Part shown: positions 43,651 to 53,197 of the stretch, one piece after another
Numbering within the stretch: position 1 is the first letter of the stretch
Layout of the letters: every line of letters begins with the position of its first letter
Source: an uncultured Holophagales bacterium
Lineage (GTDB): Bacteria; Acidobacteriota; Thermoanaerobaculia; UBA5066
Length of the DNA: 64,000 nt
NCBI GenBank assembly: GCA_964561935.1
Contig: CAZLQX010000004.1
Span: 157,414 to 221,413, forward strand
Direction of reading: 5' to 3'
Notes under the pieces: generated by a model
The model's database searches: none
The model's input: only the letters and a program-made list of their open reading frames with translations
Told to the model about the DNA's origin: nothing
Translations under genes and position numbers: made by a program

Positions 43651-44811
43651 TCACCCCTCGGCGTCGGGGGCGCTCGAGATGGAGCGGAGGCGGGCGACCG
43701 TCTCGACGAGGGCGGCCGCCGTCGCGTCGACGTCCGATTCGGTCGTCGTCCGCCCGAGCGAGATCCGGATCGACCCCTGCGCGGCGCGCGGGCCGAGGCC
43801 CATCGCGAGGAGGACGTGCGACGGCTCCGGGTCTCCGGTCGAGCAGGCCGAGCCGGTGGAGAGGCAGATACCCCTCACGTCGAGGCCGAGGACGATCGAC
43901 TCGCCGTCAACGCCGCGAAAGGAGAGGCTCGAGGTGTTCGGCACGCGCGGCGCGCCGGCGCCGTTCACCCGGACGCCGTCGACCCCGGCGAGGACACGCG
44001 CCTCGAGACGGTCGCGGAGCGCGGCGAGCCGCGGCCCCTCGGCGGAGAGCGCCTCGAACGCGAGGTCGGCGGCGGCGGCGAAGCCGACGATCCCGGCGAC
44101 GTTCTCCGTCCCGGCGCGGAGGCCCCTCTCGTGCCCGCCCCCGGTCGTGACGGGCGAAAGGGGCGTCCCCCGCCTGACGCAGAGCGCGGCGACCCCCTTC
44201 GGGCCGTACAGCTTGTGCGCGGAGACGGTGACGAGGTCGGCCCCGAGGTCGCCGGGTCGTTCGGCGAGCTTCCCGGCCGACTGGACGGCGTCGGTGTGGA
44301 AGGCGACCCCGCGCGCGTGCGCGAGCGCCGCGAGCTCGGCGACCGGCTGGACGACGCCGGTGTCGTTGTTCGCGCGCATCACGGAGACGAGGACGGTGTC
44401 GTCGCGGAGCGCGGCGGCGAGCGCCTCCGGCCGGACGGCGCCGTCGGGGCCGACCGGCAGGTACGTCACCTCCCAGCCGTCCCGCTCGAGGTCCTGCGCG
44501 GTGTGGAGGACCGCGTGGTGCTCGACGGCGCTCGTGACGAGGTGGCGTCCCTTCTCCCGGAGCGCGCGCGTCACGCCGCGGAGCGCGAGGTTGTCGGCCT
44601 CGGTGCCGCTTCCGCAGAAGACGACCTCCTCCGGCGCGAAGCCGAGCCGCGCGCCGACGCGGCGGCGCGCCTCCTCGACGGCGGCCCGCGCCTCGTGGCC
44701 GGCGCGGTGGGGGCTCGAAGGGTTCCCCTGCCTCTCGCGGAGGAACGGGAGCATCGCCTCGAGCGCCTCGGGCCGCAGCGGCGTCGTCGCGTTGTGGTCG
44801 AGGTAGATCAA
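43651..44811 (-). CDS. iscS: Cysteine desulfurase IscS/NifS.
   Basis: MIYLDHNATTP, PLP-Lys motif SAHKLYGPKG, active-site loop STGSACS. Confidence 0.93.
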   Translation of the reverse strand: MIYLDHNATTPLRPEALEAMLPFLRERQGNPSSPHRAGHEARAAVEEARRRVGARLGFAPEEVVFCGSGTEADNLALRGVTRALREKGRHLVTSAVEHHAVLHTAQDLERDGWEVTYLPVGPDGAVRPEALAAALRDDTVLVSVMRANNDTGVVQPVAELAALAHARGVAFHTDAVQSAGKLAERPGDLGADLVTVSAHKLYGPKGVAALCVRRGTPLSPVTTGGGHERGLRAGTENVAGIVGFAAAADLAFEALSAEGPRLAALRDRLEARVLAGVDGVRVNGAGAPRVPNTSSLSFRGVDGESIVLGLDVRGICLSTGSACSTGDPEPSHVLLAMGLGPRAAQGSIRISLGRTTTESDVDATAAALVETVARLRSISSAPDAEG

Positions 44812-45266
44812 GGCGCCGCCGTCCCCGCCGCTCCGGCCCTCTCCGTCTCACGCTGCTCCCGGTCGTCGAGGGCGGCCTGGAGCGCCTTGACGCCGAGGAG
44901 AGAGCAGTGCTTCTTCGCCTCGGGGATCCCGCCGAGCGCCTCGACGACGTCGTCGTCGGTGAGGCGGCGGGCGTCCTCGAGCGTCCGGCCGAGGGCGAGG
45001 TGCGTCAGCATGCTGCTCGTGGCGATCGCGCCGGGGCAGCCGTACGACTTGAACGCGATCCGGGCGATCCTCCCGAACCTCACGCCGATCCAGAGCTTCA
45101 TCTGGTCGCCGCACGAAGGGTCGCCGACGAGGCCGTAGCCGTCGGTCTCGGCCTCGGTCAGCTCCCCGACGTTGCGCGGGTTGACGAAGTGGTCGACGAG
45201 CGTCGGCGTGTAGAAGAGGACCGGCCCCTGGGGAGGCGTGGCGGGAGGCTCAGGCGTGTCGGACAT
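44808..45266 (-). CDS. nifU: NifU/IscU Fe-S cluster scaffold protein.
   Basis: Three conserved Cys in GDPSCGD, SYGCPGAIATS and KKHCSLLG. ATGA overlap with iscS. Confidence 0.88.
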   Translation of the reverse strand: MSDTPEPPATPPQGPVLFYTPTLVDHFVNPRNVGELTEAETDGYGLVGDPSCGDQMKLWIGVRFGRIARIAFKSYGCPGAIATSSMLTHLALGRTLEDARRLTDDDVVEALGGIPEAKKHCSLLGVKALQAALDDREQRETERAGAAGTAAP

Positions 45267-45726
45267 GGCTCTCCTGGACGGGCTCGCGGACGAGGAAGCG
45301 GGCCGAGGCGCGGGCGACGACCTTCCGGTCCTGCTCCACCTCGCCGCGGACGTAGTAGAGGGGATGGGAGGTCGTCTTCTCGACGACCCCGCGGACGACG
45401 ACGCCCCGCTCGAGGGCGACGGGCGCTCGGTAGCGGACGTCCATCTCGGCGGTCACGGCGACGACGCCGATCGCGAAGAGGGCATTCGCCATCGCCGCGT
45501 CGAGGAGCGCGGCGACGATCCCGCCGTGGAGCGTCTCCGGGTAGCTCTGGAAGACCTCCCGGCACGGGAAGAACGCGGCCACGGAACCGTCGGGCTGGAC
45601 CCGGAACCGTAGCCTCAGCCCGGCGGGGTTGTCGGGACTGCAGAGGAAGCAGCGAGGGTGCTCGGCGGCGCGGAAGGCGTCGAGCCGCTCCTGGCTCGGC
45701 GCGGGTGCGGAGGGGTCGGTCATCAA
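45250..45726 (-). CDS. PaaI/YbgC-like hotdog-fold thioesterase.
   Basis: LHGGIVAALLDAAMANA motif. 158 aa. Its 3' end overlaps the nifU start. Confidence 0.75.
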   Translation of the reverse strand: MMTDPSAPAPSQERLDAFRAAEHPRCFLCSPDNPAGLRLRFRVQPDGSVAAFFPCREVFQSYPETLHGGIVAALLDAAMANALFAIGVVAVTAEMDVRYRAPVALERGVVVRGVVEKTTSHPLYYVRGEVEQDRKVVARASARFLVREPVQESHVRHA

Positions 45727-45805
45727 GGGGTCCCGCGGTTCTTTCCGAATCCTATTCTGGGCGTATGTTCGATTCGGTCAAGCGCGACGATGGTGCGACC
45801 GCGGC

Positions 45806-46543
45806 TCAGGGAGCCCGGCCGGCGCGGACGCGGAGCGTGCGGTCCTCCCGCTGGAGCGCCTCGGCGCGGGAGCGGAGAGCCGTCGCCTGCGCCGCCACGG
45901 CGGCGAGGGCGGCGTCGGGATCGACCGACGTGCTCGCGTTGCGGAGCGCGCGGAGCATCCCGAGCGCGTCGTCGAAGCTCGCGAGAGTCTCCCGATGGTG
46001 GGCGGCGCAGGCCGGCGGCGGCGCGATCGCGAGGAGCCGGCGGCGCGCCTCCTCCGCCTCGCGGACGAGGCCGTCGAGACCCGAGGCGTCTCCCCGCGCG
46101 AGGGCCACGGCCAGCTCGTTCGCGGCGCTCTCCGGGCTCCCCGCGAGGTCGGACGCCTGGATCGCGTCGACGGCGTCGAGGTAGGCCGCGACCGCGGCGC
46201 GCTCCGGGTCGTCGGGCGGCGCAAGCTCGAGGGCGGGCCCGGGAGTCGAGGAGGTGGACGCCGTCGGCTCGGGAACGGCGTCGGGCGCGAAGTGCGGCAC
46301 GGAGGAGATCGGGAGCTGGGCGATCGCGGGCTCGACGCTCGACGGAGGAAGAGCTGCGGGGACGGCCGCGCCGGCCCCGGCGGGAACCGTGGCGAAGGCC
46401 GGGCCGGCTTCGTCGAGCCGGGGCGCCGATCGCTCCGCGCCGCCGCTCGCCCGCCCGAGAAGGTACGCGACCGCGAGGAGCGACAGCCCGGCGACGCCGG
46501 CGAGGGCCCAGAAGAGCCTCTTCTCCACGTTCACCGTCGCCAC
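45806..46543 (-). CDS. Hypothetical membrane-anchored protein (single N-terminal TM helix).
   Basis: MATVNVEKRLFWALAGVAGLSLLAVAYLLG TM anchor. Uniformly high GC3. No recognisable domain. Confidence 0.45.
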   Translation of the reverse strand: MATVNVEKRLFWALAGVAGLSLLAVAYLLGRASGGAERSAPRLDEAGPAFATVPAGAGAAVPAALPPSSVEPAIAQLPISSVPHFAPDAVPEPTASTSSTPGPALELAPPDDPERAAVAAYLDAVDAIQASDLAGSPESAANELAVALARGDASGLDGLVREAEEARRRLLAIAPPPACAAHHRETLASFDDALGMLRALRNASTSVDPDAALAAVAAQATALRSRAEALQREDRTLRVRAGRAP

Positions 46544-46555
46544 GCGGGCCGCTCC

Positions 46556-47530
46556 CTACCGAAGCTCCGCGCGAATCGCCGCGAGGTCGGGGTCGACGGC
46601 GGCCTGCGCGGCGAGCTTCGGGTTCAGCCGCAGCGCGCGCCGGGCCGCTTCGAGGGCGCCGGCCCGATCCCCCGCAGCGAGGCGGATGACGGCGAGGTCG
46701 TAGACGACTTCGGGGAGCATCGCGGGCTGCGCCTCGGCGCGCGCGGTCGCCTCCTCCTGCCACTTCAGCGCCTCGGCGGTCCGCTTCTCCATGAAGCCGG
46801 TCCAGCCGCGGTTCCAGAGGTCGTTCACGACGGCCATCCCGACGAGCCGCGCGAGCTCGCGGAAGGGATCGGCGTGGTCGTCGACGCGGACGTCGACGGC
46901 GCGGTCGGTGAAGCCGTTGTAGCCCCCCTTCGCGCGGCAGACGAGGAGGGCGGCCGACTGCCGCCCGCGGCTGTCGCCGCCGGCAGCGTCGCCCGCGGCG
47001 AGCGCGACGAGGAGTCGCTCGGCGAGCGGCTTGCCGGCGCTCGCGAGGAACGAGCGCTCCATCGCCTCGACGACCGCCCCTCCCGTCAGGATGTTCCCCT
47101 GCACGGCGTACCCCGGCCCCTTCCGCCCGCCGGCCCAGGCGTTCGCGCCGGAGCCGGTGAACGTCGCCGCGTCGCCCGAGGCCGTCACGAGGCCGACTTG
47201 CCGCCTCTCGCGCCCCTCGTCGCCGCGGAGGAGGACCCTTAGCGCCTCCTCGGCCGAAAGGCCGCGCGCCATCAGGTCGAGGCCGTCCGGCCCGAACGAG
47301 GTGTTCGCGGAGGCCTGCGTCGCGACGGCTCCGACGCCCGCCCTCGCCCACGGGACGACCGTCCCGACGGCGAAGAAGCGGCTCGCGACGGCGATGCCGA
47401 CCTCGCCCGTCGCCGGATCGGCCGCCGTGATCGAAAACGTCGACGGGCCGGGCGGCGCGGCCGTGAGCGCCCCCGGCGCGAAGAGGGCGAGCGCGAGGAG
47501 GAGGGTCCGGAGTCGAGGTCTCGTCGTCAT
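46556..47530 (-). CDS. DUF1028 family (Ntn-hydrolase-like) secreted protein with a C-terminal TPR-like tail.
   Basis: Signal peptide MTTRPRLRTLLLALALFAPGALTAA. DUF1028 N-terminus FSITAADPATGEVGIAVASRFFAVGTVVPWARAGVGAVATQASAN. Confidence 0.78.
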   Translation of the reverse strand: MTTRPRLRTLLLALALFAPGALTAAPPGPSTFSITAADPATGEVGIAVASRFFAVGTVVPWARAGVGAVATQASANTSFGPDGLDLMARGLSAEEALRVLLRGDEGRERRQVGLVTASGDAATFTGSGANAWAGGRKGPGYAVQGNILTGGAVVEAMERSFLASAGKPLAERLLVALAAGDAAGGDSRGRQSAALLVCRAKGGYNGFTDRAVDVRVDDHADPFRELARLVGMAVVNDLWNRGWTGFMEKRTAEALKWQEEATARAEAQPAMLPEVVYDLAVIRLAAGDRAGALEAARRALRLNPKLAAQAAVDPDLAAIRAELR

Positions 47531-47580
47531 GCGCGTAGGTCCCGGGAGGAGTCTATCGGGCCTCCCCCCGCGGCGGCCTC

Positions 47581-48906
47581 GTGCGAAAGTGGGGCGTGAT
47601 CCGCTTCGCGTCGCTCTTCCTCGGCCTCGTCTTCGGCACCGTGAACGTCGAGCTGGACGTCGCGCGCGAGGTGAGGCTGGTGAGGCTCCTCCTCGACGGC
47701 CGCGAGGTCGCGACCCTCGAAGGCCCCTGGCGGACGCAGGTCGACCTCGGAAGCGTCCTCGCGCCACACGAGCTCGTCGCCGTCGCGCTCGACGGGTCGG
47801 GACGGGAGCTCTCCCGCGCGCGACAGTGGGTCAACCGCCCGCGCGCCGTCGCCGAGGCGGGATTCGTCCTCGAGCCGGGCGAGGGGGGAGCGGGGCGGAT
47901 CGCGCGGCTCGGCTGGATGAGCGTCGCGAAGGAGAAGCCGGCGTCGGTCACCGTCGCCTTCGACGGGCGCGAGCTCGTCGTGCGCGACCCGGCGAGGATC
48001 GAGCTCCCGCCGCACGACCCGGCGCGCGTCCACGTCCTCCGCGCCGTCGTCGACTTCGGAGGGGACGCCGTCGCCGTCGCCGACGCGACGTTCGGCGGCG
48101 CGAGGCACGCGGAGTCGCTGACGGAGATGACCGCGGTCCCGGTCGAGCTCGAGGAGGGGAAGACGCTCCCTCCCGCCGAGGCGATGGAGGGCTGGTTCGT
48201 CCGGAAGGGCGTGCCGCTGACGGTCGCGGCCGTCGACGAAGGGCCGGCCCTCGCGGTCTTCGTCCTCGCGGGGAAGGCGGAGGCGGAGCTCGCGCGGATG
48301 GAGAAAGGGCGCGGGAGCCCCGGGCCCGGCGAGGCGGAGATGGGCCGCTGGGACGGCGCGCTCCGGAAGGGACAGCGGTTCCTCTACCTCTGGACCGACC
48401 CCGGCCGGGAGGTACGCTGGAAGGACGTCCTCGACGTCTACCCGCAGACGCCGGAGCTGACATCCCGCGACGGCGGCGTCCTCGGGATGGGGCCTCACCT
48501 CGTCCGCCCCGGGTCGGCCGGCAAGGAGCGGATCGCGCAGGCAGTCGCGGTGGGCGGCCTCACGGCGGCGGCGCGCGAGCGGAGGCGCGCGGTCGTCCTC
48601 CTCGTCGGGCGCGACGCGTCGGACGCCTCGGCCCTCCCGGCCGCGGAGGCCGTCGCGTTCCTGCGGCGCCTTCACGTCCCTTTCGAGGTCTGGTCCGTCT
48701 CCGAGCCCCCCGCTCCCGTCGCGGCGCGCTTCGGCCCCGTCGTCGACGCGAGCTCGCGGGCGCTCTTCAGGTCGGCGGTCCGCTCCCTCTCGGACCGGCT
48801 CGACCGGCAGAGGATCGTCTGGCTCGCCGGCTCCTTCCTCCCGCACGAGGTCGAGCCGACGGCGCGGGCCTCGGGGCTGAGGCCGGTCTCCTCGCCGTTT
48901 CGCTGA
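47581..48906 (+). CDS. Hypothetical secreted/membrane-anchored protein, possibly with a vWA-like domain.
   Basis: GTG start. N-terminal hydrophobic segment IRFASLFLGLVFG. 441 aa with consistent codon bias. RAVVLLVGRDASDA...FLRRLHVPFEVWSV resembles a vWA beta-strand core. Confidence 0.55.
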   Translation: MRKWGVIRFASLFLGLVFGTVNVELDVAREVRLVRLLLDGREVATLEGPWRTQVDLGSVLAPHELVAVALDGSGRELSRARQWVNRPRAVAEAGFVLEPGEGGAGRIARLGWMSVAKEKPASVTVAFDGRELVVRDPARIELPPHDPARVHVLRAVVDFGGDAVAVADATFGGARHAESLTEMTAVPVELEEGKTLPPAEAMEGWFVRKGVPLTVAAVDEGPALAVFVLAGKAEAELARMEKGRGSPGPGEAEMGRWDGALRKGQRFLYLWTDPGREVRWKDVLDVYPQTPELTSRDGGVLGMGPHLVRPGSAGKERIAQAVAVGGLTAAARERRRAVVLLVGRDASDASALPAAEAVAFLRRLHVPFEVWSVSEPPAPVAARFGPVVDASSRALFRSAVRSLSDRLDRQRIVWLAGSFLPHEVEPTARASGLRPVSSPFR

Positions 48907-48957
48907 GCCGCACGGGCGCGCCGTCGCCGGCACGACGACCGGCGTCCCCCCCCGGTC

Positions 48958-49734
48958 TCAGGCGGCGGGCCCTCCCTCGCGCCGCCGCCCGACGAAGACC
49001 TCGTAGCCCGCCGCGGCGGGGTGCTCGAGCGGGACGACGCGCGTCTCGAAGCCGGCCGCGGCGAGAGTCTCGAGCCAGAACGCGCGCGGGAAGAGCCCCA
49101 TCTCGAGCCGGTCGTGCGCGACGCGGACCTCGCCGTCCGCCTCGCGGAGGAGGTACGCCATCTCGACGACGAACCGCTCGGCCCCCGGAGCCGGACGATG
49201 CCGCCACTCGAGGTAGCGGAGGCCGCGCCCCCCGCCGTCGCTCCCGCCCGTGTCGGTCCCCTCCTCGAACGTCTCGGCGACTCGGTCGGGCTGGAAGAGC
49301 GAGACCCCTCCGGGCGCCGTGTGGGCGAACGCCGTGGAGACGGCCGCGGCGACGTCCCCGCGCGTCGTCATGTGGCTCACGGCGTCGTGGACGAGGACGG
49401 CGTCGAAGAGGCGCCCGAGCCTCACGTTCCGCATGTCCCCCACGACGTGCTCGCACTCCGGGTTGAGGCGGCGGCTGAGGGCGAGCATCGCGGGGGAGAG
49501 GTCGACGAGCGTCGCCGCGAGGCGAGCCTTCAGGTGGAACGCGTTGTGCCCGGCGCCGCAGCCGAGGTCGAGGAGCGTCCGCGGCGGCCGAGCGGCATGA
49601 GCCTCGAAGAGCCGCGCGTAGAACGCGGCCTCCTCGACGTAGTCCGCAACCGGCGTCAGGAGCGGGTACCACTCGGCGAGGTCGCGGTAGAGCCGCGGCG
49701 TCGCGTCCCCGGGGTGCGGGTCCGAAGGGCTCAT
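48958..49734 (-). CDS. Class I SAM-dependent methyltransferase.
   Basis: Motif I LLDLGCGAGHNAF, motif II VGDMRNV, motif III FDAVLVHDAV. Start at MSPSDPHP (49734) inside the longer ORF. Confidence 0.78.
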   Translation of the reverse strand: MSPSDPHPGDATPRLYRDLAEWYPLLTPVADYVEEAAFYARLFEAHAARPPRTLLDLGCGAGHNAFHLKARLAATLVDLSPAMLALSRRLNPECEHVVGDMRNVRLGRLFDAVLVHDAVSHMTTRGDVAAAVSTAFAHTAPGGVSLFQPDRVAETFEEGTDTGGSDGGGRGLRYLEWRHRPAPGAERFVVEMAYLLREADGEVRVAHDRLEMGLFPRAFWLETLAAAGFETRVVPLEHPAAAGYEVFVGRRREGGPAA

Positions 49735-49850
49735 GGCCGTCCTCCCTTCTCGGCCCTTCCGGGCCGGCCGGATGACGAAGCGCCAAGATAGCAAGGACGG
49801 GAAAGCGAAGGTGGGGCCGCGCGGTGTATTCCTGTCAGCGAGGGAAGCGA

Positions 49851-50723
49851 ATGGCAAAGAGGAATGCGACGCGCGAGGACTACAGGAGACGGGTCAATCG
49901 GGTCGTCTTCCACATCGAGGCCCGGCTCGGCGAGTCGCTGACGCTCGAGGAGCTCGCAAGAGCGGCGCGATTCTCCCCCTTCCACTTCCACCGCATCTTC
50001 GCGGCCTTCACCGGCGAGTCGCTCGCGGCGTTCGTCCGCCGGCTGCGTCTCGAGCGCGCGGCCCAGCAGCTCCTCCGTCACGGCGTCCCCGTCACCGACA
50101 TCGCCCTGGGGGCCGGCTACGAGACCCCCTCGGCGTTCACCCGGGCTTTCGCCGCTCTCTTCGGCGTCAGCCCGACCGAGTACCGAAAGCGGCGCGAGCC
50201 CGCGCCCCTTCAGGGCGCGAGGCCCCTCGCGCCGGCAACCGAGCAGGAGATTCCCACGATGACCCCGCAGATCCGGACGATCGAACCGATCCCCGTCCTC
50301 TTCGTCCGCCGGACGGGCCCGTATTACACGGCGGCGGCGGACGCCTTCGAAGCCCTCTGCGGCTTCGCGGGCCCGCGCGGACTTCTCGGGCCGGCCGCTC
50401 GCATGATCGGCATCTCCCACGACGACCCGCACGTCACCGAGGAGTCGAAGTTCCGCTACGACGCGTGCATGACCTTCGACAGCGACGTGAAGGAGGAGGG
50501 AGAAGTCGGCCGGAAGACGATCGCGGGCGGCCGGTACGCCGTCTTCCTCCACGAGGGCGCCTACGAGGGCCTCCAGGCGGCCTACGACGGCATCTTCGGC
50601 TCCTGGCTCCCGGGCAGCGGCGAGCGGCTGCGGGACGAGCCCTCCTTCGAGGTCTACTTGAACGGCCCCGGCCAGGTGAGGCCGGAGGAGCTCCGGACGG
50701 AGATCTGGCTGCCGCTGCAGTAG
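49851..50723 (+). CDS. AraC-family transcriptional regulator with a GyrI-like effector-binding domain.
   Basis: HTH LTLEELARAARFSPFHFHRIFAAFTGESLAAFVRRLRLERAAQQL...GYETPSAFTRAFAALFGVSPTEYR, then a GyrI-like C-terminal domain. Confidence 0.85.
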   Translation: MAKRNATREDYRRRVNRVVFHIEARLGESLTLEELARAARFSPFHFHRIFAAFTGESLAAFVRRLRLERAAQQLLRHGVPVTDIALGAGYETPSAFTRAFAALFGVSPTEYRKRREPAPLQGARPLAPATEQEIPTMTPQIRTIEPIPVLFVRRTGPYYTAAADAFEALCGFAGPRGLLGPAARMIGISHDDPHVTEESKFRYDACMTFDSDVKEEGEVGRKTIAGGRYAVFLHEGAYEGLQAAYDGIFGSWLPGSGERLRDEPSFEVYLNGPGQVRPEELRTEIWLPLQ

Positions 50724-50804
50724 GGCCGACGCGACGCCCGGCGGACGACGAGGACCGGACGAAGTCGCCGGGGCAAAGCCCGGAAAGAAGCTAGCCTACG
50801 AGGC

Positions 50805-51692
50805 GTGCGACCCGCCGCGCTGGCCCTGCTCCTCGCCCTGAGTCCGTCGCCGCTCCTCGCCCAGCCGCTCGCCGAGCGCTACGCCGCGCTCGGGACGACG
50901 ATCGTGACGACGTCCGATCACACGATGTTCCCGCACCCGAAGCGGGCGAGCGGCCACGTGTACGAGGGGAAGACCTACCCGGCGGACCCGCACTACGGCG
51001 ACCGGACCGTCGTGATCTTCGTCCCGAAGGGCTTCCGTCCCGGGAAGACGACCGACCTCGTCTTCTACTTCCACGGGTGGAGGAACGACGTCGACCGGAC
51101 GCTCGCGACGTTCCGGATCGCCGAGCAGGTCGCCGCGAGCGGTGTCAACGCGGTCCTCGTCCTCGCCGAGGGGCCGAAGGACGCCCCCGACTCCTTCGGA
51201 GGGAAGCTGGAGGAGGCGGGAGTCTTCTCGGCTCTCGTGGCCGACGTCCTCGCCACGCTGAAGGAGAGGGGCGTGATCGAGAAGCGCCGCCCGGGCTCGA
51301 TCGTCCTCGCCGGGCACAGCGGCGCCTACCGCGTGATCTCGTTCATCCTCCTCAGGGGAGGCCTGACGGAGAACGTCCGCGAGGTCTACCTCTTCGACGC
51401 CCTGTACGGAGAGCTGGAGAAGTTCGCCTGGTGGGTCGGGCACGGACGGGGACGGCTCGTCGTGATCCACACCTCCGAGGGCGGGACGCGCGCCCGGACG
51501 CTCGGCTTCCTCGACGACCTGCGGGCCTGGGGCGTTCCCTTCGTCGCGGTCCCCGAGAACGTCGTGACCGCTCGGCTCCTGCGCGAGAAACGCCTCGTCT
51601 TCATCGAGTCGCCGCTCGCGCACGACGACGTCGTCGCCGCGCGGGAGCAGCTGCGCACGTACCTCGAGACGGGCCCGCTCGGCCGCCGCTGA
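50805..51692 (+). CDS. Secreted alpha/beta hydrolase-fold esterase-like protein.
   Basis: Signal peptide MRPAALALLLALSPSPLLAQ. Nucleophile elbow AGHSGAY. Confidence 0.68.
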   Translation: MRPAALALLLALSPSPLLAQPLAERYAALGTTIVTTSDHTMFPHPKRASGHVYEGKTYPADPHYGDRTVVIFVPKGFRPGKTTDLVFYFHGWRNDVDRTLATFRIAEQVAASGVNAVLVLAEGPKDAPDSFGGKLEEAGVFSALVADVLATLKERGVIEKRRPGSIVLAGHSGAYRVISFILLRGGLTENVREVYLFDALYGELEKFAWWVGHGRGRLVVIHTSEGGTRARTLGFLDDLRAWGVPFVAVPENVVTARLLREKRLVFIESPLAHDDVVAAREQLRTYLETGPLGRR

Positions 51693-51850
51693 GGGTGGGT
51701 CCTCGCGGGAACCCCGGTATCGGTCAGACGAAACCCGTCTCGAGTCGCTGACGCCGGTGAAGAGGTGGCGTCGCCGCGCGCAGCAGTGCCCTTCCGCCCA
51801 CGCCCAGCCCGCCACCTCCTCGCGCCCTGACCGGAAGGGCTCACTTCACG

Positions 51851-51877
51851 GCAAGGCCTCCTCTTCGAGGCCTGCCG
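51851..51877. terminator. Stem-loop downstream of the Cys-rich peptide gene.
   Basis: ggcaaggcctc-ctcttc-gaggcctgcc inverted repeat. Confidence 0.35.
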
Positions 51878-51899
51878 CTGCGGAAAGCCTCGCCAGGCC

Positions 51900-52271
51900 T
51901 CAATGCGGAGTGGGCGTCGGGGTCGGAGGGAGGCAGACTGGCGCGCTGAAGAGGCAGTTGTCGAAGCTGGCCTGCGCGTTGAAGACACAGTTGGCCAGCT
52001 CGGCTTCGTCGTTCCGATAGACGCGGCCGCAACGGGAGTACTCGGTGTTGTAGGCCGTGGCGCAGCTACGGAGCCACGTCTTCGCCTCCTGGCACTGGCC
52101 CGTGTAGTCCTGGAGGCCGCCTCCGGAATCGCACCACCAGGTTCCGAAGGACTCGAAGCACGGGATGTAGCCGTCCTGGTAGAAGACTGCCCGCGCAGGG
52201 AGCACCAGAGAAAGGAGCACCACGACCGCCAGCGTTGCTCCGAGGATTCTGGTTCTCGAGCTTCTCATCAT
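51900..52271 (-). CDS. Small secreted Cys-rich protein (8 Cys in the ~95-aa mature part). Function unknown.
   Basis: Strong SD AAGGAGG upstream of ATGATG. Signal peptide MMRSSRTRILGATLAVVVLLSLVLPARA. Codon usage is atypical for this genome (aga, gga, gca, ctt, tct, cct, cgt, tgt, tat, gat). Confidence 0.55.
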   Translation of the reverse strand: MMRSSRTRILGATLAVVVLLSLVLPARAVFYQDGYIPCFESFGTWWCDSGGGLQDYTGQCQEAKTWLRSCATAYNTEYSRCGRVYRNDEAELANCVFNAQASFDNCLFSAPVCLPPTPTPTPH

Positions 52272-52953
52272 GTGCCTCCTTCGACTCGATCCGGGACGAA
52301 CTCGAGAGCGGTCGCCCCCGCCGAGGTGGACCGCTCCACGTCTCTAGGCTGCGCGAGGCGCCCGTTTTCACCACAGGGGCAGGTCTGGAATCTCGGCAGG
52401 GCGGGCGGGTGCTCCGGTCTACCCATCCCGGACCCAGCTGCCGCGGGCCGAACGGCACCCGACCGCTACCGGTAGCGGTTCCCCTACCGCGGGCGATCCG
52501 GCTGGCGCCAGGGGGTGCCGTGGCCTGCTCCTTCGTCAAGCTGGGGCGGGGGGCGGGAGCGCGGCGAGTGCGCCGGCGTCGCCGCAAGGTGCGATCGTCG
52601 GTCGGGCCGGGAGTCCGGATCCGCGTGACCATGGCGGACCGGTTGGCCGCAGCGCGGTGACACCGCGCCCAAAGCGCCGACAGCCTCCACGGTCAATCCG
52701 GTCGGCCTGTTCGATGGCCGCCTTTCGCCGATTCCTCCCCAAACGGCCCTTCTGAGAGCGTCCCGGCGCCCGAAATCGCCGCCGACGCCCCCGTCTTCGT
52801 GCCGAAGGATGCCGACCTGAGAACACGGCCGACCACGCCCACGACGTGGAAACCCGCGCCAACGCTGGCCCTCCTCAACGCGAAACGCCGGCCACGAGGA
52901 CCGGCGCTTGTCGTCAACCGCTTCCCCTGAACGGGTTAGCGGGGAAGGTCGAA

Positions 52954-53028
<75 letters not shown>

Positions 53029-53197
53029 ACGTTCTCGAAAGAGCGGGTGCGAGGGGCGAGCCCCGCGCGGAAGGCGGAGTCTAGGGAACCGTCGGCGCAG
53101 CGTCAAGCGAGGGTCGGGGTGGGCTACCCTAGCCGGCCGGAGGCCGCGACGGGCGGGAACGGGGCGTGAGGCGGAGCGGAAGGGACGGCACCGGCGC

